Part shown: positions 47,772 through 56,355 of the stretch, one piece after another
Position numbering within the stretch: the stretch's first letter is position 1
How the letters are laid out: each line of letters begins with the position of its first letter
Source: an uncultured virus (IMG/VR IMGVR_UViG_3300035501_000482)
Lineage: Duplodnaviria > Heunggongvirae > Uroviricota > Caudoviricetes
Length of the DNA stretch: 64,000 nucleotides
Direction: 5' to 3' (one strand)
Virus record (IMG/VR): IMGVR_UViG_3300035501_000482
The notes under the pieces: model-generated
Databases searched by the model: none
What the model was told of the DNA's origin: nothing
The model's input: only the letters and a program-made list of their open reading frames with translations
Position numbers and translations under genes: made by a program

Positions 47772-47828
47772 ACTTATCTTCTGAAGCTTCAGAAGATAAG
47801 TCTTATTCGGAGATTCTCTCCGAATAAG
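47772..47828. repeat. two abutting perfect inverted repeats
   Basis: 30-bp palindrome ACTTATCTTCTGAAGCTTCAGAAGATAAGT, then CTTATTCGGAGA-TTC-TCTCCGAATAAG. Confidence 0.9.
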
Positions 47829-47972
47829 GGAGGAATTAACTTTATGAAGTTAAGAAGTTTAGAGTTATTCTCTTTATATTTCAAAGGAAGAAATACTAAA
47901 GAAGGAAACTACACTACTCAGGATTCATTGGGGATAACTATAGTAAAGTATAAACAATTAAAGTAAATTACT

Positions 47973-48350
47973 ATGGCAAAGAAGAAACAGAAATTACCAA
48001 GTATTAAAGATCATGATCCTTTAGTACCTATTGATATCAAAAATCTAGGTAATGGGGAAGATTGCTTTGGCAAAGGATATGATTTATCCACTAAAGAGTG
48101 TAAATTATGTGGAGATTCAGAATTATGTGCACTCAAGCTATCTCAATCATTAAATGTTACTCGTAAGAAATTGGATGAGGAAAATCATTATAAGGATTTA
48201 GATGTACTTGAAGATATCTCAGCAATTAAGAAAGTAATGAAATCCCTAAAACGTAAGGGTAAAACCCGTAAGGAGATTATAGATGAATGTACTCATAAAT
48301 TTGAAGTACCATCAAAGGATTTAAGAAAGATATATAAAGAGATACAATGA
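47973..48350 (+). CDS. hypothetical protein with four-Cys motif
   Basis: CFG.......ECKLC....LC. Confidence 0.7.
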   Translation: MAKKKQKLPSIKDHDPLVPIDIKNLGNGEDCFGKGYDLSTKECKLCGDSELCALKLSQSLNVTRKKLDEENHYKDLDVLEDISAIKKVMKSLKRKGKTRKEIIDECTHKFEVPSKDLRKIYKEIQ

Positions 48351-48589
48351 AAGCAGAACATATAAAAGTAATGATTCCCTACTTCTGGGAGTTATTCAAG
48401 GTATATTTGAATGACCCTGGATACTTCATTAAGGAATCTGACATCCTTGCTGATTACTTCGGGAGAGGTGAAAAGGATGTAAAAGAGTTCATTCTTAAGT
48501 GCCATAAAAAGGCTAGAAAAAACAAACTAAGTATCAAGTTTCATTACAAAGAAAGATTAACTTATAAAGATATATTAAATCAATTATGA
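48347..48589 (+). CDS. hypothetical protein
   Basis: ATGA-coupled to neighbours on both sides. Confidence 0.65.
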   Translation: MKAEHIKVMIPYFWELFKVYLNDPGYFIKESDILADYFGRGEKDVKEFILKCHKKARKNKLSIKFHYKERLTYKDILNQL

Positions 48590-49137
48590 ACAGGATTAGA
48601 TTTGTAAAGGTTAGGGACGTAGAATCTCCAAAGAGATCAAACTCAAGCGATGCTGGATTAGACTTCTATATACCAAGGGATATAACCCGTGATGAATTAA
48701 AGGAGGTTAACAAAAAGTCTGGGCAATTTAAGGCTATTAGATTTTATGGAATTAAGATGGGTAGTAAACAAATTGTTGATTTTATACAGTTAGCTCCCCA
48801 TTCTAGAGTTTTAATTCCATCTGGTATAAAAGTATTAATTGAACCAAATAACTCTGCTCTTATAGCAGCAAATAAATCTGGGGTATCAACTAATAAGGGT
48901 TTAATATTTACAGCTGAAGTGGTAGACTCAACCTATACAGGAGAAATGCACCTAGGTATACTGAATACCACAGATAAACTAGTTAATATTGACTTCGGAA
49001 CAAAGATAATCCAGTTTATACATACACCAGTATACTTAACTCAACCTGAAGAGATTACATTAGAGGAATATAATAAAGAAGCAGAAGGTTGGAGTGATAG
49101 AGGTAGTAGAGGTTTCGGATCTTATGATAAAGAATAA
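48586..49137 (+). CDS. dut: trimeric dUTPase
   Basis: AGLDF, KSG, VVDSTYTGE, IIQ and RGSRGFGS motifs. Confidence 0.92.
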   Translation: MNRIRFVKVRDVESPKRSNSSDAGLDFYIPRDITRDELKEVNKKSGQFKAIRFYGIKMGSKQIVDFIQLAPHSRVLIPSGIKVLIEPNNSALIAANKSGVSTNKGLIFTAEVVDSTYTGEMHLGILNTTDKLVNIDFGTKIIQFIHTPVYLTQPEEITLEEYNKEAEGWSDRGSRGFGSYDKE

Positions 49138-49139
49138 TT

Positions 49140-50015
49140 ATGGATATAAGAAATATTAAAGTAGAGCAAATAAAGTCTGATAATGTTCTATCAGATATAT
49201 TCTCACTAGGATCAGAGCAGTTACAGGAGTATATGAGAATAGAACACTTGCCAGAATATCCACTAGATATTAATCCAAGAGAATCACAAAAGATTCTTAA
49301 GGATTTTATCGGTAGAGTAGTTGAAGAATTATCAGAAGGGTACGAGTCTATAACTGAAGTTTATAATCTGGCAAGTGAGGTGGGTTTCAATATCGATAAA
49401 CTTAATAAGAAGCAGGTATTAAATAACTTACAAAATGCAAATGAGGAACAGGCTGATGCTATTGGATTCTTTACAACTCTTCTAATCTATTCAAATATTT
49501 GGCCAGAAGATATAGTAAGTTATGTAGAAAATGATATGGAGGAAAGAAAGATACCCCATGATAAAGATCCAGGTTTTGAATTAATAATGTGTTATTCTGC
49601 TGGCATGTTGTTAAAGGAGATTGGTGAAACTGGAGAATCAGTAAGAGAGCTTATGTATAAGCATTCATATCCACTGATAGTATGGGAACAACTTGGTAAT
49701 CAAAAAATGGTAAATGATTATCAACCAGTAATACCTGGATTTATTAGAACTAGCCCAGTATTATATGATACTGAGTCCAGATTCCTATGGTGTATAACCC
49801 ATAACCTAATGTTGACAAGAAACCTATTAAAGAACAGACCCTGGAAACAAACTCAGGTAATGAGTAAGGAATTAGACTATCAAAAGGCTTTAGTAAAATC
49901 ATTCTTATTGTATATAGGTTATCTAACTTTACATGAATATGATGGTAACTCACTACTAAATCTATTCAACAGAAAACAGAAGTTAAACTTATGGAGAATC
50001 AAAAGTAATTATTAA
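49140..50015 (+). CDS. all-alpha NTP pyrophosphatase (MazG/dimeric dUTPase-dCTPase-like)
   Basis: EELSE and EEQAD metal-binding motifs; LKNRPWK. Confidence 0.7.
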   Translation: MDIRNIKVEQIKSDNVLSDIFSLGSEQLQEYMRIEHLPEYPLDINPRESQKILKDFIGRVVEELSEGYESITEVYNLASEVGFNIDKLNKKQVLNNLQNANEEQADAIGFFTTLLIYSNIWPEDIVSYVENDMEERKIPHDKDPGFELIMCYSAGMLLKEIGETGESVRELMYKHSYPLIVWEQLGNQKMVNDYQPVIPGFIRTSPVLYDTESRFLWCITHNLMLTRNLLKNRPWKQTQVMSKELDYQKALVKSFLLYIGYLTLHEYDGNSLLNLFNRKQKLNLWRIKSNY

Positions 50016-50016
50016 T

Positions 50017-50961
50017 ATGACGGGTTGGAATAGAAAACTAAAAGGTTTAGAGGTAAATACCGAAGAGACAATACACTCACTAGAGTTCGCTACTTCTCAA
50101 GAAGCATGGGAGAAATTAAATGAGGCTTTCCTGAGTTATGATCCAGTGCTCTTTACTAAAGGGGCATTGGCTAATTCAGGAGTTGGTGTAGTATATAATG
50201 TATTTATAAAAGTAAGAAAAGCTTGGGTTGATCCAGAATTTGATTATGGTAGAACATTTAATTACACAGAATCAAAATGGACTACTCTTCTAAATAACTA
50301 TATCGACTTTAATAAGCTGGATCTTATCCGTAGTAGATTGAGGGTACTAGGTAATAAATATACCCAAAACTACAACATTTCTTATACTTTCAATAATCGC
50401 CACGATAATGGTAAGCAATGTCTACTAGCTGCTACATTCTCTAAGAGATTCAATGAGGATATACCAGTTATAACTATGGTACTAAGAGCTTCTGAGATTA
50501 CAAAGAGATTAATTTTTGATCTGCTACTAGTTCAAAGAATGTCAGAATATGTATATGGTAAAGAGCAATCAGTACAGTTAAATATATTTGCTACACAGAT
50601 GTATGGTAATTGTGAAACACTTGTAATGTATGATGCTTATAAACCCTTGAAGAAAGTATGGAAAGGTATTAAGCCAAATCCCTGGATAAATCAACTGATG
50701 GATACTTATACTAAGTTCATGGAAAATGGCCCAGAGAAATTTCAATCTTTCAAGGTATTCTTAAGAAGTTACAAAGTTCTAAGACCAGACTTATATACTT
50801 ATAAACCACTTCTTGCAAAGAACCTACTTTTAGAGTATGAGGACATAGAGTACCCAGAGAATTGTATTTCTTACAGCCAAAGAAAAGCTTACAAGAGAAA
50901 GTATCTAAAAGACCAAAGTAAAAAGCAAGATCCAGGATCTATATCAAATCAAAATAAATAA
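50017..50961 (+). CDS. divergent thymidylate-synthase-fold protein
   Basis: KQCL (candidate catalytic Cys) and RASEITKRLIFD aligning with the TS RSxD...N motif. Confidence 0.6.
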   Translation: MTGWNRKLKGLEVNTEETIHSLEFATSQEAWEKLNEAFLSYDPVLFTKGALANSGVGVVYNVFIKVRKAWVDPEFDYGRTFNYTESKWTTLLNNYIDFNKLDLIRSRLRVLGNKYTQNYNISYTFNNRHDNGKQCLLAATFSKRFNEDIPVITMVLRASEITKRLIFDLLLVQRMSEYVYGKEQSVQLNIFATQMYGNCETLVMYDAYKPLKKVWKGIKPNPWINQLMDTYTKFMENGPEKFQSFKVFLRSYKVLRPDLYTYKPLLAKNLLLEYEDIEYPENCISYSQRKAYKRKYLKDQSKKQDPGSISNQNK

Positions 50962-50969
50962 CAAAAACA

Positions 50970-51722
50970 ATGAGAATATATCAAAACGCAAAAGAGTTAA
51001 TGTCTGAAATGGGCAGAGAACTTAATAGTTATGGTCAAATAGTTAAACCAAAGACTTACCAGAATAAAGTTATTGAAGGTAATGAGGAGATGATTACAAA
51101 GGAGATTATCTGTCAACAGTACTGTTTAACTCATTTACCAGATCCAGCTTATTTGTTTGCATACACCAATACTATGGACTGGGCTGATCATGAGTTTGAT
51201 GAACGAGTTTCTGGTAATATATTAAATCCAGGTAAAGCTTGGGAGTTGAATAAAGCTATGTGGGAGCAATTCCTAGTACATAATAAGTTTGATTATACTT
51301 ATGCAGAACGAATAAATTCAATAATAGAATATAATCATAGAGTACTAACAAACTTACAAGCTATAATTCAACTACTAAAGGAAGATGGAGACACTAGAAA
51401 AGCTGTATTATCCATATACAACAGTAGCAAGGATGCTAACCACTACAATGGTGATGCACGAATACCTTGTTCTATGTATTATGATTTTCTAATTAGAGAA
51501 AATGGTAAAGGTGAGAAACAACTTAATATTTGCTATCACCAAAGATCATCAGATTTTTGTATGCACTTTGGAGATGATGTATATTTAGCTTGGAGATTAA
51601 TGGAATACATAGCTAAAGAATTGGATGTTAAGCCAGGTTATCTATACCATACAATAGACTCTCTTCATGTATATAAGAAGGACTGGGAACTATTATCTAA
51701 TAATATAGAGGAGATTTTTTAG
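50970..51722 (+). CDS. thymidylate-synthase-family enzyme, probable dCMP hydroxymethylase/methylase
   Basis: YTYAER, TRKAV, RIPCS, QRSSDFCMHFGDD (Asp at the TS Asn177 position), SLHVY. Confidence 0.85.
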   Translation: MRIYQNAKELMSEMGRELNSYGQIVKPKTYQNKVIEGNEEMITKEIICQQYCLTHLPDPAYLFAYTNTMDWADHEFDERVSGNILNPGKAWELNKAMWEQFLVHNKFDYTYAERINSIIEYNHRVLTNLQAIIQLLKEDGDTRKAVLSIYNSSKDANHYNGDARIPCSMYYDFLIRENGKGEKQLNICYHQRSSDFCMHFGDDVYLAWRLMEYIAKELDVKPGYLYHTIDSLHVYKKDWELLSNNIEEIF

Positions 51723-51749
51723 CGGTTCTATATATTTAATTATGTTTTT

Positions 51750-51780
51750 GCCACCAGCTCAATTGGGTTGGTGGCTTTTT
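51750..51780 (+). terminator. intrinsic terminator upstream of the polymerase
   Basis: GCCACCAGCTC / GGGTTGGTGGC stem plus T run. Confidence 0.7.
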
Positions 51781-51795
51781 AAATTAAAGTACAGG

Positions 51796-53379
51796 ATGGA
51801 AACAAGATACAAAATACTAACAACTCATGATGAAGTTAAAAAATTAGTTAAGTGTTGTAAAAGAACACGGTACTGCTGCTTCGATTTCGAAACAAATGCT
51901 TCACCAATTTATAATTCTACTTTCAAACCAACTATTATATCTATCTCCTATATGCCTGGATTCGGATGTTCAATTCCATTAGATCATCACCAAGCCTTAG
52001 ATTATTGCGAGGAAGGTTGGGATTGGAAAAAAGAATTAAGATATATTGGTAAAAAGCTTATCTCAAATCCAAAGATAGTAAAGGTTGGTTGGAATCTAAA
52101 GTTTGATAACCAGATAATGGAATTATATGATATATATTATAGAGGCGTAGCTTTAGATGGTATGCTTGCTAAGTATATATTGAATGAGCTAAGACCTAAT
52201 GGATTAAAAGATATGGTTCGTAGGTATCTACCAGAATATGGTAACTATGAAAAACAGGATAAATTCGACAAAATACCCTGGGACCAGAAACCATTAAAAG
52301 AGTTATGTAAATATGGTTGTCAAGATACTGACTACACTCTTAGATTAACAATATTCTTCGAAAAAAAGCTTATAGACAAGGGTTTGTATTCATTATATAG
52401 GAACCTGATAATGACAGCATCCAGGGTACTAACCTCTGTAGAGAAAAATGGGTTATATGTAGATAGAAAATTTAATTACGAACTACTTACTTCATATAAA
52501 CCAATGATAGATAAAGCCCAAGAAATATGCCTATCATTACCAAAAGTAAAAAAGTTTCAAAAGAAGCTACAGGAACAACGCATAGAAGCATATTTAAATA
52601 AACTACAAGAGGAAATAGACTTATTAGATGGGAATAATCCTGCAGATAAAAGAAAAATTGCTAGCAGAGAACAAAAAATAAGCAATATAAAAGCTGGGGT
52701 ATTCACAACTAAAACTGAGAAGGATTTAGTAAGAGAGATTAATCTTGGTAGTCCAATAGATTTACCTCAACTGTTATATGGAGATGATGGGTTTAAATTT
52801 GAAGTACTCAAGCAATCAGATAAAGGTAAACCCTCTACAGACGAGGAAACACTGGTAAAGCTTAGGATTAATATAAAGAATCCAGAATCTCCAAAAGCAA
52901 TATTCTTGGATAACCTACTAAAACTAAGGGGATTACAAAAGATGTATACAACTTACATAGAGGGTTGGCATGATAAAGTACAGGATGATAATTGCCTACA
53001 TGGTAAATTCAATATAATAGGTACAGAATCAGGCCGTTTATGTATTGCTAGAGGCAGTTCCATAATTACTGACAAAGGACTATTAAATATTGAAGACATT
53101 TGCCCAGATAATATAGGTATAAAACCAGTAAAGAACTTAAAAGCTTTAACCCATACTGGTAAATATCAAGATATAAAGTTTGGAATAAATAAAGGTAAAG
53201 AGATGATGTATAAAGTAACACTAGAGAATGGTAATACCATAACTTGTACATTAAATCATAGGTTATTAACAAACCATGGGTGGAAGTCTTTAAAAGATAT
53301 AGATGTTGAATTAGATACTATAGAGTGCTATGAGCAAGATAAAAAATATAAAGAAGTTGGCTACAAAGAGGGTTTATGA
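51796..53379 (+). CDS. polA: family A DNA polymerase, N-part (3'-5' exonuclease, thumb) fused to N-intein
   Basis: FDFET, WNLKFD, YGCQD exonuclease motifs; KPSTD; GTESGRL followed by the intein start CIARGS. Confidence 0.92.
   Translation: METRYKILTTHDEVKKLVKCCKRTRYCCFDFETNASPIYNSTFKPTIISISYMPGFGCSIPLDHHQALDYCEEGWDWKKELRYIGKKLISNPKIVKVGWNLKFDNQIMELYDIYYRGVALDGMLAKYILNELRPNGLKDMVRRYLPEYGNYEKQDKFDKIPWDQKPLKELCKYGCQDTDYTLRLTIFFEKKLIDKGLYSLYRNLIMTASRVLTSVEKNGLYVDRKFNYELLTSYKPMIDKAQEICLSLPKVKKFQKKLQEQRIEAYLNKLQEEIDLLDGNNPADKRKIASREQKISNIKAGVFTTKTEKDLVREINLGSPIDLPQLLYGDDGFKFEVLKQSDKGKPSTDEETLVKLRINIKNPESPKAIFLDNLLKLRGLQKMYTTYIEGWHDKVQDDNCLHGKFNIIGTESGRLCIARGSSIITDKGLLNIEDICPDNIGIKPVKNLKALTHTGKYQDIKFGINKGKEMMYKVTLENGNTITCTLNHRLLTNHGWKSLKDIDVELDTIECYEQDKKYKEVGYKEGL
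53041..53376 (+). mobile_element. split intein N-half (112 aa)
   Basis: Block A CIARGSSIITDKG; block B ITCTLNHRLLT..GW; followed by a stop. Confidence 0.9.
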
Positions 53380-54166
53380 TTTAAAACCTGGTATACGTGG
53401 GTATGATAGATATTTAAAGGGTATTAAAGTTGGTTGTACCATAATATGTAAGGATGATTTTGATAAGTATATATGGTCACAAGGACTTTCACGTAAGAAA
53501 GCAGCTAAAATATATGGTATATCATATCACTTATATCAAAATTCTATACATTATTGGTATGGTGGTGATGAAATAAAACTAAGTGGGTATGATAAAGTAA
53601 AAGAAAGTAATAGGCTTCTACGTAAAGAAATATGGAATGACTCATTAAAGTTTTTAGAAAACTTATATCCTGGAATAAGTGATATATTCCTTAATAACCT
53701 ACAGAATCCAAGGGTAATAACCGAAAAACTAGAAGAGTTAAACTCAGATTTTTATGAGATAAAGGCCTTCATAAAGCTTACTAAAAAGTATATAAGGCAA
53801 GCTTGTAAAAGACATGGAGTTGAATATATAAAGTTCCCGTCAAACCTACAGGAATATAGGGTTAAGAGAGCTTTAAAAGAGCTAGGTTATACACCCATAT
53901 CCCAGTTCTATATAAGACCCTATTGGTATGATTATAAAATAGGTAAAGTACTAATAGAGTATGATGGTAAACAAACTCATAATAATGATGGTACTCTAAA
54001 TAGCAGGGATAAAGCTAAAGAGGAGTTATCTAATAAGATGGGTTATGTAGTAGTAAGAATACCATATAAGTACGATGGTATAAAACTAGATGAAAACCTA
54101 GTTCTATTAAAGAAAGTAATAAAAGAAAAATTAAAACCCTATGAAAAGTTACTCAAAGATAATTAA
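53330..54166 (+). CDS. free-standing Vsr/DUF559-like endonuclease (probable homing endonuclease)
   Basis: C-terminal Q..I..YWYD......IEYDG..H...RD..K......GY.VVRI. Confidence 0.8.
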   Translation: MSKIKNIKKLATKRVYDLKPGIRGYDRYLKGIKVGCTIICKDDFDKYIWSQGLSRKKAAKIYGISYHLYQNSIHYWYGGDEIKLSGYDKVKESNRLLRKEIWNDSLKFLENLYPGISDIFLNNLQNPRVITEKLEELNSDFYEIKAFIKLTKKYIRQACKRHGVEYIKFPSNLQEYRVKRALKELGYTPISQFYIRPYWYDYKIGKVLIEYDGKQTHNNDGTLNSRDKAKEELSNKMGYVVVRIPYKYDGIKLDENLVLLKKVIKEKLKPYEKLLKDN

Positions 54167-54254
54167 CGTAGAGCCAGTAGGTATACAGGATGTATTTGAT
54201 ATAACAGTTGAAAATGATCACAGTTATATAGCTAATAATATAACCCATCATAAT
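54141..54254 (+). mobile_element. split intein C-half (38 aa)
   Basis: MKSYSKIINVEPVGIQDVFDITVENDHSYIANNITHHN followed by +1 Ser. Confidence 0.9.
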
Positions 54255-55307
54255 TCAAGTTCTGATCCTAATGCTCAACAAATCCCCAAGACTTCAGTAG
54301 ACCCCAATATTAAAAAGCAATTAGTAGCTAGACCAGGTACTCTATATCTAGCTTCAGACTTCTCTCAGGCAGAGCTAAGAATCATGGCTCATCTTGCTGG
54401 AGATGAAACTTATCTAAGGGCTTTCAGAGATGGTCAGGATCCCCACTTAGCAATTGCTTGTAAAAAATATGGCGTAGATTACGAGGAAATACATAAGATA
54501 TATAAAGATGAGAACCATCCAGATCACAATATGTGGTCAACAAGAAGAAAACAAGCAAAGCAACTTGCGTTCGGTTTGATATATGGTATTGGTCCTGGGT
54601 TACTAGCTACAAAGTTATCCGATCCAAAGATAGGATTGGTAGTAACAAAAGAAGAGGCTAAGAAACAAATGGATGAGTTTTTCGAGGAACATCCAAAGTT
54701 ACTTAAATTTAAAACTAAACAGGAGAAGTTCTTAAGAAAGAATGGGTACTTGGTATCATTATTCGGTAGAAAAAGAAGATTACCAGAAATATATTCAGGT
54801 AATGGAGATGAAGAGGCTTACGCATTAAGATTGGGTTTAAATTTTCCATGTCAATCAGCAGCATCAGATATGTGTCTATTCGGTAGTATATTAATATATT
54901 ATTTAATGAGGCAGGGTAAACTACCAAAAATGGAGTCAGTATGCTTGGTACATGATGCTAATTACTTTAATACAGACCCAAGCTTTATAAATGTATGGAC
55001 AATATATACTATGTGGTCTATATTCCGTAACCCAGATACGAAAGAGTACTTTGGTTTTCAGATCAAAGACGTAACTATGGATATGGATTACGAGATAGGT
55101 AGGACAATGGCAGAGGAATTACCCTTCGTTCCTTTATATGACTATAATAAAATGCTTGAACCAGACTTCAACTTGGATGAATACATGGCTGAGGCAAAGA
55201 AATACAAAGATATAGAAATCAAGGATTATCCAAAGTACTTTAAAAAAGAAATGAAACAGTATGAAGAAGATTTTAAGAAACGGATCCATGGTACAGAAGA
55301 AGTTTAG
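54141..55307 (+). CDS. polA: C-intein fused to family A DNA polymerase C-part
   Basis: SSSDPNAQQIP, motif A DFSQAELR, motif B R..AK...FGLIYG, motif C VHD. Confidence 0.92.
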   Translation: MKSYSKIINVEPVGIQDVFDITVENDHSYIANNITHHNSSSDPNAQQIPKTSVDPNIKKQLVARPGTLYLASDFSQAELRIMAHLAGDETYLRAFRDGQDPHLAIACKKYGVDYEEIHKIYKDENHPDHNMWSTRRKQAKQLAFGLIYGIGPGLLATKLSDPKIGLVVTKEEAKKQMDEFFEEHPKLLKFKTKQEKFLRKNGYLVSLFGRKRRLPEIYSGNGDEEAYALRLGLNFPCQSAASDMCLFGSILIYYLMRQGKLPKMESVCLVHDANYFNTDPSFINVWTIYTMWSIFRNPDTKEYFGFQIKDVTMDMDYEIGRTMAEELPFVPLYDYNKMLEPDFNLDEYMAEAKKYKDIEIKDYPKYFKKEMKQYEEDFKKRIHGTEEV

Positions 55308-55485
55308 AACAGTATGCCAAGTATGCGATTGCGAGTTTGAATATCAACTATCTGATACTACAAAGTATACAGCTATGATAAGAATAGTAGAATGCCCCGA
55401 ATGTGGCAACGAGATCTTACATAAAGAAAGTAGTGATAGTAAATTAGCCTATGAATCAGTTGAATCCTTCTCAATAGGTTGGTAA
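55261..55485 (+). CDS. small zinc-ribbon protein
   Basis: CQVC and CPECG; the true start may be the internal MVQK. Confidence 0.6.
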   Translation: MKKILRNGSMVQKKFRTVCQVCDCEFEYQLSDTTKYTAMIRIVECPECGNEILHKESSDSKLAYESVESFSIGW

Positions 55486-55486
55486 T

Positions 55487-55906
55487 ATGGATATTAAATT
55501 AAAACCCTTAAAGGTCAAAATAGACGGCCAGGTAATAGAAATAGATATTTCAAAAGAGCTATCAATAAATGAAAACTTAATGAATACACAGCTCAAGGAT
55601 GCTCCTCATAGTTATTATATACTATGCAGACTAAGAGATAAGTATATTAAGAAAAGAGATGCTCTAGAAAGAGAAAAGGATGCTGCTTATAGCAAAGCTT
55701 GGACATTCTTAAAGGATAGTAATGAAAGGTGGAACAATGATTATGTATCACATAAGGCTAACACCAATAACAAATATGCTTCGTTATATCAAAAATATTT
55801 AAAAGCTTGTGATAAGGCTAATTTATTCATTTCTGTATGTAAAGCTTATGAAGATCGTACTAACATACTTAGAACATTGAATGCCAATATAAGGAAGTCT
55901 ATATAG
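55487..55906 (+). CDS. UvsY-like recombination mediator (putative)
   Basis: 139-aa helical protein in the ssb/recA neighbourhood. Confidence 0.5.
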   Translation: MDIKLKPLKVKIDGQVIEIDISKELSINENLMNTQLKDAPHSYYILCRLRDKYIKKRDALEREKDAAYSKAWTFLKDSNERWNNDYVSHKANTNNKYASLYQKYLKACDKANLFISVCKAYEDRTNILRTLNANIRKSI

Positions 55907-55945
55907 ATACTATAAGAATATGATAAACAATTAAATTACTACAAC

Positions 55946-56350
55946 ATGTTAAAGTTAAAGTATATAACAGTAAACGAGGCTAAAGCTATAAAAGATGCGC
56001 TTAGTGCAAGAGCCTTACCTTCAATTAATCGGGTTCTGGTATTCAGTCCTGGAGAAGATGATTTAAAGTTAAGCAGTGGTATTATAATCCCTGGTACTGC
56101 AAAAGAGGATAGACCAAGAAAGGGAGTAATAATCTCAACTGGTAAATTGGATGAGGATCATGAAATATTCAATGATTATTTTTCATGTGGTACATTGATA
56201 ACTTATGGTTTATATGCAGGTAAAGAAGTTGAGTTTGATTGGTCAGATATAACAATATCCGATGAATTGAAATCTACCGTAGAGAATGGTAAGTTTACAA
56301 TCCTTGATACAAATGAGATAGTAATGTTTGAAACTAATCGATTAAGTTAA
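55946..56350 (+). CDS. groES: co-chaperonin GroES-like protein
   Basis: P..NRVLV, SGIIIP..AKE, G.II..G, Y..YAG.EV. Confidence 0.85.
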   Translation: MLKLKYITVNEAKAIKDALSARALPSINRVLVFSPGEDDLKLSSGIIIPGTAKEDRPRKGVIISTGKLDEDHEIFNDYFSCGTLITYGLYAGKEVEFDWSDITISDELKSTVENGKFTILDTNEIVMFETNRLS

Positions 56351-56355
56351 CATAT

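Noticed and set aside
47601..47966. 121-aa protein
   Set aside because: Atypical composition and dominated by perfect palindromes; likely non-coding, though not excluded.
50970..51722. Ordinary thyA
   Set aside because: Asp replaces the dUMP-specifying Asn, so the symbol was withheld.
51742..51795. Polymerase start at 51742
   Set aside because: These codons are the terminator hairpin; METRYK at 51796 is more plausible.
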